Shown piece after piece: positions 8,470 through 12,345 of a DNA stretch of 12,345 nt. The translations under genes were made by a program, and so were the position numbers. Origin of the DNA: Blastopirellula sp. (GTDB taxonomy: Bacteria > Planctomycetota > Planctomycetia > Pirellulales > Pirellulaceae); NCBI GenBank assembly GCA_002733575.1, contig NVWB01000116.1:1-12345 (forward strand), given 5' to 3'. The notes under the pieces are model-generated. The model made no database searches, was not told the DNA's origin, and saw only the letters and a program-made list of their open reading frames with translations. The first letter of the stretch is position 1; each line of letters starts with the position of its first letter.

Positions 8470-8482
8470 AACCTTTGGTTAA
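8470..8482. promoter_or_regulatory. Degenerate third copy (AACCTTTGGTTAA) of the TTAACCATTGGTTAA palindrome
   Basis: Matches the palindrome with one central substitution. A GGTTAA half-site repeats 14 nt downstream. Confidence 0.35.
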
Positions 8483-8782
8483 ATATATGACCGCGGTTAA
8501 ATCGCATCTTCACACATTTCAAACCGGTCAAAACACTCAGCTTTCCCCCCGTTGGAAATCAAATCTCGGGTAGCCCAAGTTGCAAGCAACTGGCGGCATG
8601 ATTTGTCATAAATCGGTTCCATAGCTCTGGTCCAATTTACAAAACATCTGTAAGGCACGCCGGATATTCTGTAGGGTACGCTATTGCGTACCAGCCATTA
8701 TAAAACCGCATTATAATCTCACGCCCAGGCCCAATTTCAAACCCCAATTGCACTTCACACTGGCGAAGCCAGTGGCACCCAA

Positions 8783-8822
8783 ATAAAAGAGCCCGCTCTG
8801 ATACAGAGCGGGCTCTTTTTTT
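8783..8822. terminator. Bidirectional rho-independent terminator, copy 2 of 3
   Basis: ATAAAAGAGCCCGCTCTG/ata/CAGAGCGGGCTCTTTTTTT. The stem is the same as copy 1 and only the loop differs. Confidence 0.8.
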
Positions 8823-8869
8823 GTAATCTGATTTGAAGTATCGATTGTGTTAAATTTTGTCAGTGTCAC
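8783..8869. repeat. Direct-repeat block 2 (terminator plus ~45 bp ending GTCAGTGTCAC). The motif recurs inverted at 8929-8942 (GTGAACACTGACAA).
   Basis: See block 1. The inverted third copy of TGTCAGTGT(C/T)CAC, together with 8859-8870, flanks a roughly 58-bp AT-rich stretch immediately upstream of the DUF262 gene. Confidence 0.65.
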
Positions 8870-9024
8870 CAGTCAACTTAAATAATTTGCTATTATTCTA
8901 TCTACACCTCTGTTATTATTCTTGCTCCGTGAACACTGACAAGGTAGTATTCAATATCCCCTCCTAGACTTAATGGAATTGCTAGATAGATATTTCATAA
9001 ATAATCCATAACATAAAGAATCAC

Positions 9025-10113
9025 ATGGCAACTAGTTTAAAATCAATCCGTGACGACGAAGAAGAATTACTGTACGAGGCAGATGAGTCGGAACTGCCTC
9101 CTTCCGATATCGTTGCTTTTAATGAGCAGAGGTCATGTGCTGATTTATTGCGAATGTACCAGTCAGAACAACTCATCATTCAGCCCGATTTTCAACGTGA
9201 TATTGTTTGGCCTAATCCTGCACAAACGCGGTTTATAGATTCGTTAGTGAAGGAATTGCCGATCCCAAGTATGTGCATCAGTTTTGATTACAACACAACA
9301 GAAAGACTTGTAATTGATGGGCTACAACGTATGTCAACAATCATCAAATTCCTCTCTGATGACACTTGGAAATTATCTACAGTTTCTGATGTTGACAAAC
9401 GAATATCAGGCAGGACTAATGATTACATCAAGAAGAATCACAGTTCAATTTATGATCGAATTCAAAACCTTACTATTCCTGTAACAGTACTTCGATGTGA
9501 CTATAAAAAGGAATCTCACATGAGGTATTTGTTTACAATATTTCACCGGCTCAATACTGGTGGAAGCAAGTTATCAAATCAGGAGATTCGAAATTGCATC
9601 TACAGTGGAAGTCTAAATGATTTGTTAAAAGAGTGTGTTGAAAATAAAGATTATCGTCACCTACTCAATCTCTCAGCCAAAGGAACATATCGATTTTCTC
9701 ACGAAGAGCTAGTGTTAAGGTTCTTTGCATTTACGGATAAGTTTTCGGATTATGATGGAAAGTTGTCCTCATACTTAAACGACTATATGAATCATCATCG
9801 CCATGCCGATTCGAAATTCCTCAGGAAGAAGAAAAAACAATTTTTAGAGATGATCAAAATATGCTATGAAAAACTGACTGAAGGTGCAGCTCTTCCTAAG
9901 GGAAGTAAAGCAACTACTGAAGCTATCATGGTAGGGATAGGTAGAAATTTAAGTACATTAAGGTCTACTAGGTCGGCTACAGTTCAGAAACGCATGAAAG
10001 AATTGCTTAATACTGATGAGTTTCACCCAGACAACCTAAAAAATGCTTTGACGTCAAAAGATAAAATGATATCTAGGCTGAGGAGTGCTGTAAAGGTTTT
10101 AGGTGGCAAATGA
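9025..10113 (+). CDS. DUF262 domain protein (ParB/Srx-fold, GmrSD N-terminal-like nuclease/NTPase domain), 362 aa
   Basis: DUF262 signature blocks in the expected order: IQPDFQRDIVW (FQRxxVW), QTRFIDSLVKELPIP (LIDSI...PIP), VIDGLQRMSTI (DGQQR box) and IFHRLNTGGSKLSNQEIRN (FxRLN.GG..L). The N-terminus is acidic. The gene is strongly AT-rich, with 30-40% GC in sampled 60-bp stretches against about 52% in a host-gene sample. Its stop overlaps the downstream start as ATGA. Confidence 0.85.
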   Translation: MATSLKSIRDDEEELLYEADESELPPSDIVAFNEQRSCADLLRMYQSEQLIIQPDFQRDIVWPNPAQTRFIDSLVKELPIPSMCISFDYNTTERLVIDGLQRMSTIIKFLSDDTWKLSTVSDVDKRISGRTNDYIKKNHSSIYDRIQNLTIPVTVLRCDYKKESHMRYLFTIFHRLNTGGSKLSNQEIRNCIYSGSLNDLLKECVENKDYRHLLNLSAKGTYRFSHEELVLRFFAFTDKFSDYDGKLSSYLNDYMNHHRHADSKFLRKKKKQFLEMIKICYEKLTEGAALPKGSKATTEAIMVGIGRNLSTLRSTRSATVQKRMKELLNTDEFHPDNLKNALTSKDKMISRLRSAVKVLGGK

Positions 10114-10607
10114 TAAGCAAACAAGAAATCGAACGCGATCTAATTAAATTAAAAAGGCTATATGAAAAAGCACCAGATACTCATACTAGTGTGTTCTATT
10201 CGAAGCTTGCAATTCTTGAACTGAGTAGTTGGATCGAATTAAGTTTTGATAAAATAGTAAAACGGTCCATTAATAACAAACTGACATTATGTAAGTATCA
10301 AGCCCTAGTTGAATCGAGTATTAAGAGGAACAACAGTTTTTCGTACAAAAACCATTTTATTCCGATGTTACAAAAAATATCAGGGTTGGTGGCTTGTGAA
10401 GACATCGAGACGAAAATCAAATCCAGCGGTAAGTTTGAACAGCTCACAAACGAATTAACGATCTTAGTAGAAGAACGAAATAAAGCCGCACATGTTGGAG
10501 TTCGACATACAACATACGATGCACCATCTGTTACGATACAAAGATTCAAAGATCTGTATCCGACGATCAAGGATATGTATACATGGTCAGTAAGGTACTG
10601 TTCCTAA
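10110..10607 (+). CDS. Small all-alpha protein with an Rx4H motif (EERNKAAH), candidate HEPN-like RNase partner of the DUF262 protein (MAE_28990/MAE_18760-like)
   Basis: The ATG overlaps the upstream stop by 4 bp (ATGA), implying translational coupling. The sequence is rich in helix-forming residues (L/E/K). The only catalytic-looking feature is the HEPN-type R-x4-H at residues ~123-128. AT-rich like its partner. The family assignment rests on the motif plus the known genomic association of DUF262 genes with MAE_28990/MAE_18760 HEPN genes and was not verified by search. Confidence 0.5.
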   Translation: MISKQEIERDLIKLKRLYEKAPDTHTSVFYSKLAILELSSWIELSFDKIVKRSINNKLTLCKYQALVESSIKRNNSFSYKNHFIPMLQKISGLVACEDIETKIKSSGKFEQLTNELTILVEERNKAAHVGVRHTTYDAPSVTIQRFKDLYPTIKDMYTWSVRYCS

Positions 10608-10690
10608 CTCCAGATTGGAGAGGCAAGATTTTGCAACACGGCTCATATGTCTCTACCGAAAACAATTCAACTATGATTCGTCGATGTGAC

Positions 10691-10733
10691 AAAATAAAAA
10701 GAGCCCACTCTGTAACAGAGCGGGCTCTTTTTT
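10691..10733. terminator. Bidirectional rho-independent terminator, copy 3 of 3, serving the HEPN-like gene (+) and the Gfo/Idh/MocA gene (-)
   Basis: AAAATAAAAAGAGCCCACTCTG/taa/CAGAGCGGGCTCTTTTTT. The stem has one mismatch (A opposite C) relative to copies 1 and 2. It lies 27 nt beyond the stop of the minus-strand oxidoreductase gene. Confidence 0.8.
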
Positions 10734-10759
10734 ATCATCTAATTTTCAACTTCGGTCGC

Positions 10760-11902
10760 TTACGCGATGTCGACCCATTTGCGTTCGGCGGCGCTTTCTA
10801 GTACGGCGTCGCAAACTTTGGCGGTTTCTAGTGCGGTTTTGAAACTTGGTTCGCATACGGTGCCATCTTCTAGACTCTTCAAGAAGTCGGCCACTTGATG
10901 GACGAAGCTGTGTTCATACCCGATGCTTAATCCTGGAACCCACCAGTGATCCATGTACGGCATGTCTCCATCGGAAACATGTACTTTGTGCCAACCACGG
11001 ACGAGCGAGTCGTCGCGGTGATCGAAGTACTCTAAGTGGTTCAAGTCGTGCAAGTCCCAGCGGATCGAACCATGTTCGCCGTTGATTTCTAGCGTGTACA
11101 ACGCCTTGTGTCCACGAGCATAACGCGTCGACTCAAACAAGCCCAACGATCCATTGGCAAAATGGCAATGGAATACACAAGCGTCATCGATGGTGACCTT
11201 CTCCATCTTGCCGGTCAATTGATGCATTCGCTCTTTGATGAAGGTCTCGGTCATGGCTGATACGTCAACGATGCCGCCGTTAAGCCACATGGCCGTGTCG
11301 ATACAATGGGCCAACAGGTCACCTGTTACGCCAGAGCCTGCGGCTTCCGCGTCTAACCGCCAGAGTGCTTCGCCACCTTGAGGCAAGTCAGCGTTGATCG
11401 TCCAGTCTTGCAGGAAGTTCGACCGGTAATGAAAGATGCGACCTAGGCGGCCTTCGTCAATCAATTTTTTGGCCAACGAGACGGCCGGAATTCGGCGGTA
11501 GTTGTACCACACGGTATTCGCAACGCCCGCTTCTTCAACCGCGGTAACCATTTCTGCGCCTTCGGCAGTGGTGCGTGCGATTGGCTTTTCGCACAACACC
11601 ATCTTGCCTGCTTTGGCAGCCGCGATGGCAATTTCGTTATGCGTGTTGTTCGGCGTGCAGATATCAATGGCGTCGATATCGTCGCGTGCGACCAGTGCTT
11701 TCCAATCGGTCTCGTAAGACTCGTAGCCCCACTTGGCAGCAAAGTCTTTCGTCTTCTCTTCGTTACGACCACAAACGGCCTTCAGCACTGGGGTGTATTC
11801 CAGTTCTGGAAAGAAGTCAGGGGCTCGCTTGTAACCGTTGGAATGCGTACGGCCCATGAAGCCGTAGCCAACCAGTCCAATGTTCAGCGGTTTTTTTGCC
11901 AT
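10760..11902 (-). CDS. Gfo/Idh/MocA family NAD(P)-dependent oxidoreductase
   Basis: The N-terminal Rossmann fold is [19 protein letters not shown], and the EKP motif appears in MVLCEKPIA. At 380 aa the length is typical. GGAG lies 11-14 nt upstream of the ATG on the minus strand. Confidence 0.9.
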   Translation of the reverse strand: MAKKPLNIGLVGYGFMGRTHSNGYKRAPDFFPELEYTPVLKAVCGRNEEKTKDFAAKWGYESYETDWKALVARDDIDAIDICTPNNTHNEIAIAAAKAGKMVLCEKPIARTTAEGAEMVTAVEEAGVANTVWYNYRRIPAVSLAKKLIDEGRLGRIFHYRSNFLQDWTINADLPQGGEALWRLDAEAAGSGVTGDLLAHCIDTAMWLNGGIVDVSAMTETFIKERMHQLTGKMEKVTIDDACVFHCHFANGSLGLFESTRYARGHKALYTLEINGEHGSIRWDLHDLNHLEYFDHRDDSLVRGWHKVHVSDGDMPYMDHWWVPGLSIGYEHSFVHQVADFLKSLEDGTVCEPSFKTALETAKVCDAVLESAAERKWVDIA

Positions 11903-11934
11903 GGTAATCTATCTCCAATGTTGAGTTTTTATTT

Positions 11935-12037
11935 GTAGGTCAGGCTGTGCCTGACGATGTGTAAATGACTGATGGTGTTCGATGCTAAAACTAATTCGAC
12001 GTGAATTAAGTTCGACGTCAGGCACAGCCTGACCTAC
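11935..12037. repeat. Perfect 22-bp inverted repeat (GTAGGTCAGGCTGTGCCTGACG at 11935-11956 and CGTCAGGCACAGCCTGACCTAC at 12016-12037) enclosing a 59-bp AT-rich loop; REP-like element or terminator between two minus-strand genes
   Basis: Exact reverse-complement match. The loop contains the internal direct repeat TTCGACGT twice. The same 17-mer also occurs at 81-97. The element starts 5 nt beyond the stop of the upstream minus-strand ORF (12043). Confidence 0.6.
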
Positions 12038-12042
12038 GGCTT

Positions 12043-12345
12043 TTAGTTCCAGCCGCAGTTATCACGAACTTTGATCATCGCGGCCAAGATGGTGTTTGCC
12101 GTGTTTGGATCTTCAATCACAGAGTTAGGAAACATACAGCCATCCCAGCAGATGTGTTTCATGCCACGGTCTGCTCCACCTTCAAGCCAGTATTTACTGC
12201 AAGCGGCAATGTCTAGTTTACCGTTGGGGTCATCGGCCAGACAGTGACGCCCGGTCTTATCGTGAGCCCCTGTTCCGTGAACGGAACCATCGTTTTGGGC
12301 CACGTGAAAATCGATGGTCCAAGGACGCAAGGCATCGGTCATGGT
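12043..12345 (-). CDS. C-terminal fragment (about 100 aa) of a Cys/Gly/Asp-rich hypothetical protein; the gene continues beyond the window edge
   Basis: The frame is open to the window end and the stop TAA is at 12043-12045. It contains NDGSVHG and several Cys residues and might be DUF1559-like, but the fragment is too short to assign. Confidence 0.45.
   Translation of the reverse strand, partial: TMTDALRPWTIDFHVAQNDGSVHGTGAHDKTGRHCLADDPNGKLDIAACSKYWLEGGADRGMKHICWDGCMFPNSVIEDPNTANTILAAMIKVRDNCGWN

Noticed and set aside
8291-8482. 63-aa ORF in the palindrome module
   Set aside because: It starts at TTG, runs through all three TTAACCATTGGTTAA palindromes and has no RBS. It is most likely spurious.
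8696-8717. Perfect TATAAT hexamer with direct repeat CATTATAA x2
   Set aside because: There is no acceptable -35 element at 16-19 bp spacing and no gene immediately downstream on that strand. It is noted inside finding 3 but not called as a promoter.
1-12345. Scan for CRISPR arrays, tRNA/rRNA genes, and integrase or transposase genes
   Set aside because: I found no regularly spaced direct-repeat array, no tRNA-like cloverleaf signatures (GTTCGAATC-type T-arms) and no recombinase-like ORF in any frame. The island therefore lacks its own mobility gene within this window.
12043-12345. Assignment of the edge ORF to the DUF1559 / H-X9-DG family on the basis of NDGSVHG
   Set aside because: The spacing to the nearest His is X4 rather than X9, and only about 100 aa are visible. 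The evidence is insufficient, so it stays as a hypothetical fragment.

Overview
This 12.3-kb window has moderate GC (about 52-55% in the sampled core genes). The gene content points to a Planctomycetota-like genome, with a secreted DUF1080 protein and a Gfo/Idh/MocA oxidoreductase; this is an inference. Most of it is ordinary housekeeping sequence. An NfeD-like gene and a flotillin (SPFH/band-7) gene form an operon (299-2732). A def-fmt pair (3720-5396) is followed by a small putative membrane protein, a MiaB-type methylthiotransferase (5892-7316), a secreted DUF1080 protein (7453-8079), a convergent Gfo/Idh/MocA oxidoreductase (10760-11902, minus strand) and a partial minus-strand ORF at the 3' edge. 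Two regions are not ordinary. (1) An AT-rich insertion of about 2.6 kb (roughly 8176-10758, about 30-40% GC in sampled 60-bp stretches) sits exactly in the shared convergent terminator between the DUF1080 and Gfo/Idh/MocA genes. Three near-identical copies of a bidirectional terminator hairpin plus flanking sequence mark it (8107-8193, 8783-8869, 10691-10758). It carries a translationally coupled gene pair: a DUF262 (ParB/Srx-fold nuclease-like) protein and a small all-alpha protein with an Rx4H HEPN-like motif. This is a candidate two-gene defense or toxin module and, as far as I know, has not been tested experimentally. Upstream of it is a 585-bp gene-free module containing three copies of the perfect 15-bp palindrome TTAACCATTGGTTAA. 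(2) A noncoding stretch of about 1 kb between the flotillin gene and def contains a roughly 730-bp element bounded by imperfect inverted repeats of about 95 bp. Each repeat is built from three GC-rich hairpins, and the pair is arranged like MITE ends. The element encloses a nested 23-bp inverted repeat and an AG-rich core, so it could also encode a structured RNA. A short repeat (GGCACAGCCTGACCTAC) occurs three times, twice as a perfect 22-bp inverted pair upstream of the oxidoreductase gene. I saw no rRNA, tRNA or CRISPR array.
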